47,578 nucleotides of DNA. Source: Candidatus Heimdallarchaeota archaeon. GTDB taxonomy: Archaea; Asgardarchaeota; Wukongarchaeia; Wukongarchaeales; JBHIFL01. The notes below the pieces were generated by a model. It worked only from the letters and a program-made list of their open reading frames with translations, had not been told where the DNA came from and ran no database searches. The stretch spans positions 1-47,578 of the forward strand of contig JBHIFL010000028.1 of NCBI GenBank assembly GCA_046761065.1, read 5' to 3'. Made by a program: the position numbers and the translations under genes. Below are positions 1-9,795 of this stretch, piece after piece (the stretch's first letter is position 1; every line of letters starts with the position of its first letter).

Positions 1-1023
1 GTAAAAAAATTTCCTTACGAAAATTAGGCGGACGCCTGTTTCGCGTCTCTTTTTTAACCGATCTAGGTAGATATCAAAGTCACCCTTTTTAGGTAAGTTC
101 GAAACGAACTTTTTTTCCGCATTCAGGAATAAAAGCAGGAATGCTTGGCGAGAGTCGTAGAGAACGCGTCGTCCCGTTTTTTCAGCCGCTTGCCAAACGG
201 TTCGCAACCGATCTATATCTGTTAGCGTCATATCATAGAGAATTAAACCTTCTGTATTATCACTAATCAAGATTAGTTTATCGAGAACTTCTTTTTCCGT
301 CTTGAGTTTTTCCAACTCAATTCGATCTTTTGACGGTTCAAGCGTAAGTGACCATTTCGCTGCGTTATTGGGAGTTTGCGCATTGGATTGAACATTGGTG
401 CCTTCACACAAAAGGATGTCGACTTCTTCCTTAGCTACTCTATCCAAAAAATCCGCGGTGAGGGGGCTAGCAAACCCATGAAATCGAAGATCTCCTGTAT
501 AGACAAGAGTTTTGTTTTCAATGTGAATGATAAATCCATAGGCACCTGGAACTGAATGATCCACATGGATAGGCCGGATTACAATATCGTCTGTGACACT
601 TATTTCATCATTCGTTTGAAACAAGGTAAACTTCAAATGTTCCAGCTTTGTATCCCATGTTGAGGGGCTCATATGAGACCTCAGATCGAGCAAGCGTTTT
701 GTGCAGGCCCCCAAGAATATGTTGGTGTCCTTCCGAAGACAAGGAATGTATCCATAATGATCAAGATGGGCATGGGTAAGAAAAATCCCGTTTATTAGAG
801 GGCGAGACTCATCAAAGCGATAAAGACCTTTAAAATCGGGTATAAGCTCAAGTTTCAACAGATCATGAAGGTTGGCGGGACGGAGGACGGGAAATTCAAA
901 GAAATTTCGTTCAATCGAGAAATTTTTTCCAAAATCAAGGAAATTACGGGTGTTCCTTGATTTCATCAAGAACATATTACCACCAATAGTACCGACTCCT
1001 CCATAAAAGGTAATTGAACTCGT
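1..1023 (-). CDS. Metallo-beta-lactamase-fold hydrolase (RNase J-like / beta-CASP-type), 3' end runs off the window
   Basis: Manual translation gives an open frame to position 1: SSITFYGGVGTIGGN...FLTHAHLDHYG...VDHSVPGAYG...YTGDLRFHG...LLCEGTN. An in-frame TAG lies just upstream, and the apparent start is ACG at 1023-1021 after SD AGGAG. Confidence 0.8.
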
Positions 1024-1405
1024 CTTGACCCGCTCCTAATGAAGGATCCAAGAATCAGGCATAAATTTCTTTTGAACAGCTTCAAATATTAAGTCTTTCA
1101 AAAATTTTGAATACTCATTAACCTTTAGATTCAGTTAGCGTGATCTCAGTTCTCAGAAAAGGGAAATCAAAGCTATCAAAATTTAAAATAAGCAAGAATG
1201 GCAAATTGGTGCATATGCAAAACAACATTATAACTCTAAATCAAAGAATTTTGCATCTAAATTGTGAGTTCTATTACTGAGAGTTTGGAATATTGATGTA
1301 AACTCGCTTCGTTAGCACATTCTGAATTTACTTATAAGCGTTTAACAGATCTCTGTGGGATGCCCATCATTGGAACAAATAAGAGAATAAAACATCTTTT
1401 AATAG

Positions 1406-2458
1406 TTATAAAGACCAAAAGGGGGATAAAACATCTTTTAAATAGAATATTGTTTTTTTAATTGTAGTTAGAGTGGACTCATTGCCTAAATTGCCTTGGA
1501 GGCGGCATGTGGGTTCATAGTAGGCGATATGCCCATTAATGCACTCTTTGAATTTAGCAACATCATAGCCACCCTCCAGGGAAGAGGCAATATTCGCCTT
1601 CAGGTGTTCAGCTATCTCATGAATTCGATCAGCAATTGTCTGGTAGCCAAAAGTTGAAAGGCTTAGATGTCCAACAGAATCGCTGAGCAAACCATCAAAC
1701 CCGGCACTAATGAGAATGGTATCTGGAGCAAATTCCGAGACAACAGGGAGTGCAATTTCGTCGAGGATGAAGAGATATTCGCTATCGGTACACCGGGGGG
1801 GAAGGGGAATACAGATATTAAAGCCTTCCCCCGCACCAGATCCAATCTCATCTAAGAACCCAGTACCAGGATAGGAAAAATGGGGATCAGCATGAAGGGA
1901 AACGTAAAGGACCTCATTAGATTCATAAAAAATGTCACTTGTTCCATCGCCAAAATGTTGATCAATATCAATAATAGCAATTTTTTTTGCGAATGGTTGA
2001 CCGGGGGTATTCCTAGCAGTAAGGAGCTTAGTTGCGGAGATGGCGATATTATTAAAAAAGCAAAAACCGGCTGGACGGCTGAAAGAGGCATGATGACCAG
2101 GAGGACGACATAAGCTGAAAGAAAAGCGGCGTCTTCCTAGAGAGAGCATTGCAGCTTTGATCGTACAACCAGCGGCGGCCAAACTAGCCTCAAATGTATA
2201 TTGATTAGCCCGATTATCAGGTGTAAGATAGCCACCACCTCTCTCACTAACTTTCTTGATTAATTCATACAGTTCTGGTGCATGAACGAGGAGGATATCG
2301 TCACGAGTTGCTTTTTCGCCCTCAAGCAACTCAGCCTTTCCAGCCTCTGAAAGTTCTTGAGCCAACTCAAGAGCGATTTGAAGTCGATCAGGGGATTCGG
2401 GATGAAATCCCATTTCATGTTTTAAACAAAGGGGGTTCGAAACAAAAGTGATTTTCAT
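1406..2458 (-). CDS. Histone deacetylase family (Zn-dependent) amidohydrolase
   Basis: HPESPDR, RPPGHHA, GFCFFNN, DIDQHFGDG, SAGFDG and LEGGY motifs. Confidence 0.93.
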   Translation of the reverse strand: MKITFVSNPLCLKHEMGFHPESPDRLQIALELAQELSEAGKAELLEGEKATRDDILLVHAPELYELIKKVSERGGGYLTPDNRANQYTFEASLAAAGCTIKAAMLSLGRRRFSFSLCRPPGHHASFSRPAGFCFFNNIAISATKLLTARNTPGQPFAKKIAIIDIDQHFGDGTSDIFYESNEVLYVSLHADPHFSYPGTGFLDEIGSGAGEGFNICIPLPPRCTDSEYLFILDEIALPVVSEFAPDTILISAGFDGLLSDSVGHLSLSTFGYQTIADRIHEIAEHLKANIASSLEGGYDVAKFKECINGHIAYYEPTCRLQGNLGNESTLTTIKKTIFYLKDVLSPFWSL

Positions 2459-2543
2459 AAAAATTCACCTTGATGTCAGAGAAATCCACACCAATAAAGA
2501 TTTACCATATATTAGGTTCGATCATATAAAATAGTCGATTACC

Positions 2544-3806
2544 TCAGGGGCTCCCCTCCCCTTCCCGAGTCCGCAGGGCCTGAAGTTGGTCTATCACCTG
2601 TTGGTGTAGGATTTGGACCTCGGGTAAGTCTGCGGTGATCACACCCTGCTGGATGAGTGGGATGAGGGCATGTTCCATCCTTCGTCCACACACCGGACAT
2701 TTTGGAGTAGGAGCTTCCCAGATAGTTATCCTTTCAGTAAAGCATGTTTTACAATGCCAAACATCTTTCTTACCCCCAAGTTTGCCACGTTTTGCGACTG
2801 GAATACCTTCCATTTCGACGATATCAAGGGCAAAGTCGACAACCGGAGAGTTACTGATAGAAGTACCGATTCCAAACCCATCTACTTCAGGAATATTCAG
2901 TTTTGTTGCCTCTTTTTCACCAATACCCCCACTAATTAAGATCTTGGTATGTTTGTATCCTCGGATGTCCAATTCCCAGCGGACTTCCTTGATAATATCC
3001 ACAAAATTCCCACGGCGGCTTTGAGGGGTATCAAGACGAACTCCCCAGAGATGATCTCCCAGGGCCGTGGCAGCTAATATGGCTTCAGCTTTTTCATCAG
3101 AATAGGTATCGATTAGAGCAATTCGAGGAACTTCATCTGGTAAAACATCATCAAAGGCTTGCCATGCCTTGCTCTGATCTCCAAACACAATGATAAGGGC
3201 GTGTGGCATAGTCCCCATTGGAGTGAGCCCCAAGCGTACGGCGCTCTCCACGCAAGAGACTCCATCCATACCCCCTATATAGGCCGCACGATCAATTACG
3301 GGACTAATGGCAGGATGCATCCTTCGGATCCCAAAACTCAAGCAGAGTTTATTCCATGCGATTTTCTTGATCCTAGCCGAAGCCGTAGCGATCCCAGTAG
3401 GTTGACAAATTAGGCCAAGGAGGGGAGTTTCCATCTTGGCGAAGGCGCCATAGGGTCCTTCAATGAACATGACTGGGACACGATATCCATATTCATCTTT
3501 TGGTTTAAAGATGGTGCCCTCCGGAAGGCAATATACATTAATGGGCAACCCTTCGAGGAGTTTAGCTACTTCCTCGACCCCGCTCCAAACACCCCACTCC
3601 CAATTGCGTGGTAGTTTTCCTGTAGTGATTTCTGCAACCACTGGTGTGTTTTCAAGACCTTTTGCTTGAAGGACCTGAGTAGCTCGTTCAAAATAGATAT
3701 CTGTTGTCTTGCAGCTTTTAATTGTCGCAAAATCGGCTATCCACCCAATTTGGCTCCCTTTCTTTTGAAATGATTGATTCATGTGTGTCATTTTTTGCTC
3801 TACCAC
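2544..3806 (-). CDS. pncB: Nicotinate phosphoribosyltransferase
   Basis: TDIYF, FGIRRMHP, GTMPH, LIDTY, VRLDTP, SGG, GIGT and KRGK motifs, plus a C-terminal CxxC..CPxC; true start may be slightly downstream. Confidence 0.9.
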   Translation of the reverse strand: MVEQKMTHMNQSFQKKGSQIGWIADFATIKSCKTTDIYFERATQVLQAKGLENTPVVAEITTGKLPRNWEWGVWSGVEEVAKLLEGLPINVYCLPEGTIFKPKDEYGYRVPVMFIEGPYGAFAKMETPLLGLICQPTGIATASARIKKIAWNKLCLSFGIRRMHPAISPVIDRAAYIGGMDGVSCVESAVRLGLTPMGTMPHALIIVFGDQSKAWQAFDDVLPDEVPRIALIDTYSDEKAEAILAATALGDHLWGVRLDTPQSRRGNFVDIIKEVRWELDIRGYKHTKILISGGIGEKEATKLNIPEVDGFGIGTSISNSPVVDFALDIVEMEGIPVAKRGKLGGKKDVWHCKTCFTERITIWEAPTPKCPVCGRRMEHALIPLIQQGVITADLPEVQILHQQVIDQLQALRTREGEGSP

Positions 3807-4170
3807 ACGAATTTCCGTATTAAATCTTTCATCAAAAGCTAGATATAATTTATATTACGTTTATAGGAGGAATCATCCTTAGGTATTAGTATCATGATTA
3901 ACATTTGTTAGGACAATGTTATTTGGTTGATGGTTATGTGGGTTGTTCATAGGGAGCATATAAACAAATGCCTTTATGATTTCATATTTTGAGATAGAAA
4001 CGTGCCAAGTAACTATTAAAAGGTTTATCGTGTCAAATTCATCTTTGAAAGTAGTATCTGTCGTTCTATCACTTTTCATAACAAATGAGGAGCTCGATAT
4101 ATCAAGGCAAACTCGTTTTATTCTGTAATGGGAGTTAACACTCATCCAAACTTACTAGTCACAAGAAAAA

Positions 4171-4400
4171 TGGTGGGGCCGCTGGGAATTTCAGCTAAAG
4201 AGCGAATAGCTCAAAGATCTTGAACCCAGGAACACTTACACGTGCAGACCTATACACTCTGCGCCCCAACTGCCCTTCAGACAGACCAAAGTAGTATTGT
4301 CTAAAGGAAGGCAGGGATTATACCGTTTCTCCTTTGAGAAAGGTTCATACCAATCTAGCCGGGACAGTTGGATCTGTTTCGGAAGCTAGACCACGGCCCC
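4171..4400 (-). tRNA. tRNA-Pro(GGG) with five BHB introns (17/17a, 24/25, 33/34, 42/43, 59/60), CCA encoded
   Basis: Removing 4353-4383, 4318-4344, 4268-4308, 4236-4258 and 4188-4218 gives GGGGCCGTGGTCTAGCTTGGTATGATCCCTGCCTGGGGCGCAGGTGTTCCTGGGTTCAAGTCCCAGCGGCCCCACCA (77 nt). Acceptor, anticodon and T stems pair perfectly. Confidence 0.9.
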
Positions 4401-4760
4401 TTTTCCAAGAGATTTCGTTCGTGTTATTCCTAGATTTTTTGAATTTAGAATATTTCTTTCAATCTAAAGTGGGATTTTTGACTTCGCATTAAAATTTTTT
4501 TACATCCTATGCAACATCCGAATCAGTTATATGATTCGACGTTTAATTGTTTTTGTCGGGTCTTCTAATTAAATAGTGGCCAGTCCACTAAATTTATCGA
4601 CAAAATCTCATGTTTAATGAATCTTGTTAGAGAATAACACGATCTGCAACCAATTAAGTGAACAGTAAGAAGTGCAAACGACACCATATCTACACCTCAA
4701 GCAGATCAAATGTATCAATCCAAACTGTCCAACTATCTCCTTGTGAGATCCATTTAACAA

Positions 4761-5945
4761 TTAAAGAGTTTTTAATCTATTTTTCGTCTCAAGGGTTTTC
4801 GTTACACGTTCGAGTAGAACGGAGGCGGGGACATCGTAAAGAGTGATTCGGCTCCGTCTACCTTTACTACCCCGGATAGGACCGGTCACTATGCCGATAA
4901 TGCCTATTTTTTCAATGCGATCGAGATATTTTCGGACGGACATGGTGGAACGGGGTTTTTCATGATATTCTTCACAAGCAATGCGGTAGTTTTGTTGGAT
5001 TTCTTTGATAGTCGTGGCAGAGATGCCACTATGTCTCAATCTTCGTGTGATTGCAATCAGTGTTAGAAGTTCATGGGTTTCAAGTTCACTAAGCACATCG
5101 ATCCGGAGTTCCGGATAAATCGCGGCCTTGGCCTCACGAATATGTTCTGCGGTGACTTCTCGCGACCCCTCATAGTCTGCTAATTTACCTGCCCTTAAGA
5201 GAATCTCTATACCATGCCTTGCATTTTTCGTGTGGCTGGCAATTTCTGCCACCATTTGGATTATGTCATTAGTAATGGCTGAACCTTTAAAAGCTAAGCG
5301 AGTTCTGTACGTAAGGATTTCAACAAGTTCTTGGAGAGAGTATCCAGGAAATTCAATTTGTTCATGAATGTGGCCGGCAAGGGGGCGATCGAGTTTTGTT
5401 TTCCACTCGAGAGGACGAGAGATTAGGATTAAACTAAGACGACTGTGGCCAAAAAACTCCCCCAGATGAAAAAAGGTAAGGATATCGTCACCTTTCAGCA
5501 TAGTTGCTTCATCGAGGGCTACTAAAAGATGCATATTCTCCCCCTCGAGCCGTTTCATTAACATTTCGAGGATTTCTTCGTCACTAAACCCTCGTGTTGA
5601 AATATGAAATTTTTTACTTAGTAAATTGCGGAGGATAGAAGTCTTCGTTCGAAATGTATAGCAGTTATAATATTCATAATTGATATTCCTTCCAGATTCC
5701 TTTGCCGTCTTTGAGAAAACATCCATAGTACGCTTTGTAGTGGCTGTTTTCCCCACGCCAGCACTTCCGGTTACCACAATATTTGTTCCAAAATCTCCTG
5801 TTAGGAGAGGGCGCATACAGCTAGCAAGACGTCTCATTTCTTTTTCACGATGAGGAAGCTTTTCCGGAACGTATTCTGGGAACAGTGTAGTTTCATCCTT
5901 GAACACGCTATCTCCAAACAAGGTATCCCCTATAATGTCACTCAG
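4761..5945 (-). CDS. cdc6: Orc1/Cdc6 replication initiation protein
   Basis: YVPEKLPHRE, Walker A GSAGVGKT, Walker B LDEA and a C-terminal winged helix. Start extended to CTG 5945 (SD AGGAGG, in-frame TGA just before); the ORF track starts at TTG 5921. Confidence 0.92.
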   Translation of the reverse strand: MSDIIGDTLFGDSVFKDETTLFPEYVPEKLPHREKEMRRLASCMRPLLTGDFGTNIVVTGSAGVGKTATTKRTMDVFSKTAKESGRNINYEYYNCYTFRTKTSILRNLLSKKFHISTRGFSDEEILEMLMKRLEGENMHLLVALDEATMLKGDDILTFFHLGEFFGHSRLSLILISRPLEWKTKLDRPLAGHIHEQIEFPGYSLQELVEILTYRTRLAFKGSAITNDIIQMVAEIASHTKNARHGIEILLRAGKLADYEGSREVTAEHIREAKAAIYPELRIDVLSELETHELLTLIAITRRLRHSGISATTIKEIQQNYRIACEEYHEKPRSTMSVRKYLDRIEKIGIIGIVTGPIRGSKGRRSRITLYDVPASVLLERVTKTLETKNRLKTL

Positions 5946-6144
5946 TCACTACAACCTCCTGATCAGATGAATCAATATCAATTAATTCTCTTCAAATTCT
6001 TGTGGATATGTTCTAATTATATACATTGCTCCTTTTTAGGTTGTCTGGTTTCATAAAAGAGCGAGAGTCAATATGTAGAAAACACATAACATTCGCCTGC
6101 AATTTGGAAGGAGCCAGAAATAACATTTTCCAAATAGAGGAGGC

Positions 6145-7116
6145 TCAGGAATCACTTTCCACTAGTATCTTAATCCGTTTTAGGATAAATGAAATAATTG
6201 TCATCACAGTATCTATCTGATTGGTATTTTCTATAACTGGAAGACCAAATAGTAGGGCTTGATTGATTAAATGGTCTTGGATTTTTCGGATGTCGGCAAA
6301 ATGTTCAATATATCTGGCGGCCGGGCGTTTGACCACGACATTTTGAGAGCGCGCAAAGATTCGGGACAAATGTGAGCCTTCCTCCCTCAATTTTAAGAAG
6401 ACCACAATAACATTAGGTTTCTTGAGTAAGTGTTTGTTCAGGAGCCGTGGACACACATGAACTCCCTCGACGATCAGGCTAATGCCTTCCTCGAGGGCTC
6501 GCTCAATAATTCCTTCGATACCAGCCATCACATGCCGTGCTTGTTCTTCGAACCCCAATGCAACCCTGTCATTTGTGTGGTTTGACATAAAATTCAGACG
6601 TTTCCAAGCTGTGAATGAAGAAGCATGCAGTTCAGGAATGAGGTCCGGGGCAATAACACTCCGCATGGCTTCGCGTACAATGTCAGTCCCGAATACATGC
6701 CGGATCCCAAAGCGAAAGGCTAAATTGGACGCGATCGTTGATTTTCCGACCGCAGTAGCGCCGCCAATTACGATCACGAGGGGAATCTTCCGCTCTTGAA
6801 ACCTACGTAGCAGTTTATAATTAGTAGCCACCTCTGCAGGAAATTTTTCAATTAAAACATTGTAGATGATCTCTTCGAGTTCATTGTTGGTGATGGTTTC
6901 TAGTCCACGACCGCGAAGTTGTTTTTCGACTATTTGTCCTATGGAATGAGCTTCGTATCCTTTTAATCCAATGCTCGTTAGACTCTGCGCAAGGAGTCCC
7001 TTTGAAAAGGGCATGCTGAACTTCTCGTATTCAACTTGAACGATATCACTGGCGATAGCAGCCCTTTCTTCACTTTTCTGAGAAAAATCGACTCTTTCAT
7101 TCATTTTCTTTCCCAT
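6145..7116 (-). CDS. pgk2: 2-phosphoglycerate kinase
   Basis: ATP-cone-like N-terminus (PFSKGLLAQSL), GGATAVGKS, TDIVRE, LHASSF and IVEGVH; directly downstream of cDPG synthetase. Confidence 0.9.
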   Translation of the reverse strand: MGKKMNERVDFSQKSEERAAIASDIVQVEYEKFSMPFSKGLLAQSLTSIGLKGYEAHSIGQIVEKQLRGRGLETITNNELEEIIYNVLIEKFPAEVATNYKLLRRFQERKIPLVIVIGGATAVGKSTIASNLAFRFGIRHVFGTDIVREAMRSVIAPDLIPELHASSFTAWKRLNFMSNHTNDRVALGFEEQARHVMAGIEGIIERALEEGISLIVEGVHVCPRLLNKHLLKKPNVIVVFLKLREEGSHLSRIFARSQNVVVKRPAARYIEHFADIRKIQDHLINQALLFGLPVIENTNQIDTVMTIISFILKRIKILVESDS

Positions 7117-8473
7117 CCGATGATTTTAAAGCAATAACTCCTTTAGCCAAACGAACTAGAATATTTGAGAAAATTTCAGGGGAGATTTTCAGGGGGAGAG
7201 GGAGATTATCACAGTAGACAACACGTTTACCATCATATAAGGCTTCTTTTGTGGCAATATCCACGGCTGCGGCTTTTAATTCTGTTAATAAAATGGTATA
7301 GCGGCCTTTTGCCGCGTTGAGATCAGCTTTCAACAAGGGTCGGTTTGAGAGATTGGAACTGAACCCCACTACCTCGCATTGGTACGTTTCTTCTATATAA
7401 GAACTAATATTTGCCGTGACCACGTGAGAAGGAGCTGTTGTACAATAAAACACACATTGCCCCTTAATATTTTCTAGGGGGAACGGACGAAAGATAGTCT
7501 CAACCACTTTCACGTTCGGATTGATTTCTCTAATCCCTTTAGTTAATCGTGTAATTTCTGCTGGATTTGTTAGTGGCGCTTCACAATTGGTTATAATAAC
7601 CAACTGGGCGAGTTTGACACGATAGGGGCCGAGATAGTCTAGAACAAGGTATGTAGGACGGTTCGCACCAACCACTAATATGAATGCATTCGCAGCAACA
7701 GGTGGTATGGTAGGGCCGCTTCCCTCGAGGATTATCAAATCAACGGGGAGCTCATTTGCGAGTTGCGCTCCCCGTTTCACATTTTCCGTGAAAGGCATTC
7801 CTGCCATACCCCCGGCACATCTGCGACACCCAATAGTCCAAACACGACTTGTTAGCGCATCTTCCCAAAAATCCGAAGCCGCATGTTTCCCCTGCTCCGC
7901 AATTCGAAGTAGGAACTCGGGGGTGATCTCAATAGCATCTCCTTCCACAAGTTCTGGCTCCGCAGGTCCTCCTCGTCCCATAGTCAAAATCCCTGCGGTT
8001 ATTTCCGCCGCTTTCAGCGTCCGAGCTATATATCCGGCGATGGCGGTCTTCCCAACGCGTTTACCTGACCCAATCACACTAAGAGAAGGTTTTTGGATGA
8101 GAGTAGGAAATTTTATGGGCTTCAAAATGAAATCTGCGCCTTCGTATGTGAGTCCATGGTACAGAATACTATTCGCTAGTTTCATTCGTGCTTTGGAGTC
8201 GATGACCGGGTCATCACTCAAATCAAACACGATTTTCGCCGGATATTGTGATAAAATTGATGGCCACATGCTCTCTAAGGCATCCAAATTCTCCGGGAAG
8301 ATCATCGGGATCCCAAAGTAGGTTTCTAGATCTTCTAAGGCGCCGATTTTTTCCATCCCCCCCACAAAAACCGCCGCAACCACGGGTCGGCTCTGCGCCA
8401 ATGTGTGGATCGCGTCCTTCACGACGGGCATATAATGTTCGCCATCTACAAGTAATATGACGCCATCGTTCAC
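7097..8473 (-). CDS. cpgS: Cyclic 2,3-diphosphoglycerate synthetase
   Basis: LVDGEHY, GGMEK, DLSD, GSGKRVGKTA, MGRGGP, GKHAASD, GCRRCAGG, LEGSG and TELKAAA; likely start is GTG 8473 (ORF open from 8593). Confidence 0.9.
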   Translation of the reverse strand: MNDGVILLVDGEHYMPVVKDAIHTLAQSRPVVAAVFVGGMEKIGALEDLETYFGIPMIFPENLDALESMWPSILSQYPAKIVFDLSDDPVIDSKARMKLANSILYHGLTYEGADFILKPIKFPTLIQKPSLSVIGSGKRVGKTAIAGYIARTLKAAEITAGILTMGRGGPAEPELVEGDAIEITPEFLLRIAEQGKHAASDFWEDALTSRVWTIGCRRCAGGMAGMPFTENVKRGAQLANELPVDLIILEGSGPTIPPVAANAFILVVGANRPTYLVLDYLGPYRVKLAQLVIITNCEAPLTNPAEITRLTKGIREINPNVKVVETIFRPFPLENIKGQCVFYCTTAPSHVVTANISSYIEETYQCEVVGFSSNLSNRPLLKADLNAAKGRYTILLTELKAAAVDIATKEALYDGKRVVYCDNLPLPLKISPEIFSNILVRLAKGVIALKSSDGKENE

Positions 8474-8659
8474 AAGGGATTCCCCACTAAGACCGATAGA
8501 GCAGACAGGAACATAATTCATTGGGAGGGGAGGGAAAAAGGTATACGGTTTGATATCAACTCTGCTATCCGCAATCTTTAGTATATATACCATTTACTTC
8601 ATAAGTTTCGTGGATTTGACGAAAACAAAATGATTGTTTAAAATAGTTAAAAACAGGTA

Positions 8660-9127
8660 TTAATATACGCGGGAGGCCAGAACTAAGGCAAGCTGCTTTC
8701 CTTCCATACAAGAAATGGGTTCAAGCTTATGGACGATTCGTACCCGATCTCCGGATCGAAAAAGCAGAGTTTTACACTGGTCCCAATGCGGACAGGTCAG
8801 ATTGGAACAATCCACCCCTGGAGGTTGCCAAGTCAAGATCACTCCCTCAATAGCTAACCGGGATTTGACTATTAGGGTTTGAGGAGGCTCTATGACTTCA
8901 ACAGTTTTTACTCCATCTTCGTGAATTGAACATTTATGATCCACTGCACGCACTTTGGTGATCTCATAGAGACGGTTGGGTTCTAGGTTTGTCATACACA
9001 CTCGAAATAACTTGCAATCCTTGCATGCTGTGGTAGGGCCAGAAAAAATAAATTGGAGCCCCTCTTTTGCCATTTTTGAACCTACAATTGTGATTGCAGA
9101 GACTTTTTTCTCATTTTTAGGCTTCAT
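8660..9127 (-). CDS. UPF0179 family archaeal Cys-rich protein
   Basis: ITIVGSKMAKEG..F.F.G..CKDCKL..VC..NLE..RLYEI..VR..H.C.IHE pattern; likely start is ATG 9127. Confidence 0.8.
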   Translation of the reverse strand: MKPKNEKKVSAITIVGSKMAKEGLQFIFSGPTTACKDCKLFRVCMTNLEPNRLYEITKVRAVDHKCSIHEDGVKTVEVIEPPQTLIVKSRLAIEGVILTWQPPGVDCSNLTCPHWDQCKTLLFRSGDRVRIVHKLEPISCMEGKQLALVLASRVY

Positions 9128-9795
9128 TATGTGTTGATCACTTCCCAAATTGATATTCGGATCCGGAGAGGATCTATTTAGAGTGATATACAAATCCCCA
9201 GCAACTAATAATTCACTTCAGGGTTATAATCAGTAAATTTTACTTCTGAGGGGGGCAATGTATCTAAAGTGTGTGTTTCGATAAACTATATTTAAGGGGT
9301 GCTTTGTTGAATGGTGCCATTCACGTATCACAATATCTTTTTGTTTTACCAAAAGGTCTAACGAATATAAGAGGGTTTTCTGATATTTTTTTGAATCAGG
9401 GAGTGGCTGTGACAATTCACTATAGAGGTCTAGGACAGGGAAATGATTATTCACCATACTAATAAGCCAATTAAACCCTTTTCGATCAAAGTGAGATTAT
9501 TTGATCTACTCTGATTCATTTTTTCATTATCGCTTCACATATAATGAGGTAATCCCAACTTTGAGGAATTTTGACCCAAGTTCAGTATTAAGAAATGTAT
9601 CAGAAAGAATGAGCAGTATAAGAAAAATTTCTTGAAGAGGATTATTTAAAAGAGAGTGTTCGCCTTAGCCAAGACATACATGACCCAAAGCTTAATTAAG
9701 AAGTTCGGAGTTCAACTTTTATAGAGAATCATTTTTGGCGAATTTTTTCTTGCAATCGATGTTTTCTTCTTTAGTTCACTATTGAGGGCTGATAG

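Noticed and set aside
1406-3806. HDAC + pncB (and the distant sirtuin) as a dedicated acetylation/NAD module
   Set aside because: Zn-dependent HDACs do not use NAD, and the sirtuin is 40 kb away, so adjacency alone is not evidence.
3879-4145. Short ORFs such as 3879-4145, 9230-9462, 17743-17952 and 19708-19941, and the many antisense ORFs overlapping real genes
   Set aside because: They have no recognisable motifs or SD sequences and lie in AT-rich intergenic DNA or shadow frames.
4401-4760. Replication origin (ORB repeats) next to cdc6
   Set aside because: No repeated TCCA..GAAA/G-string ORB boxes were recognisable by eye on either side of cdc6.
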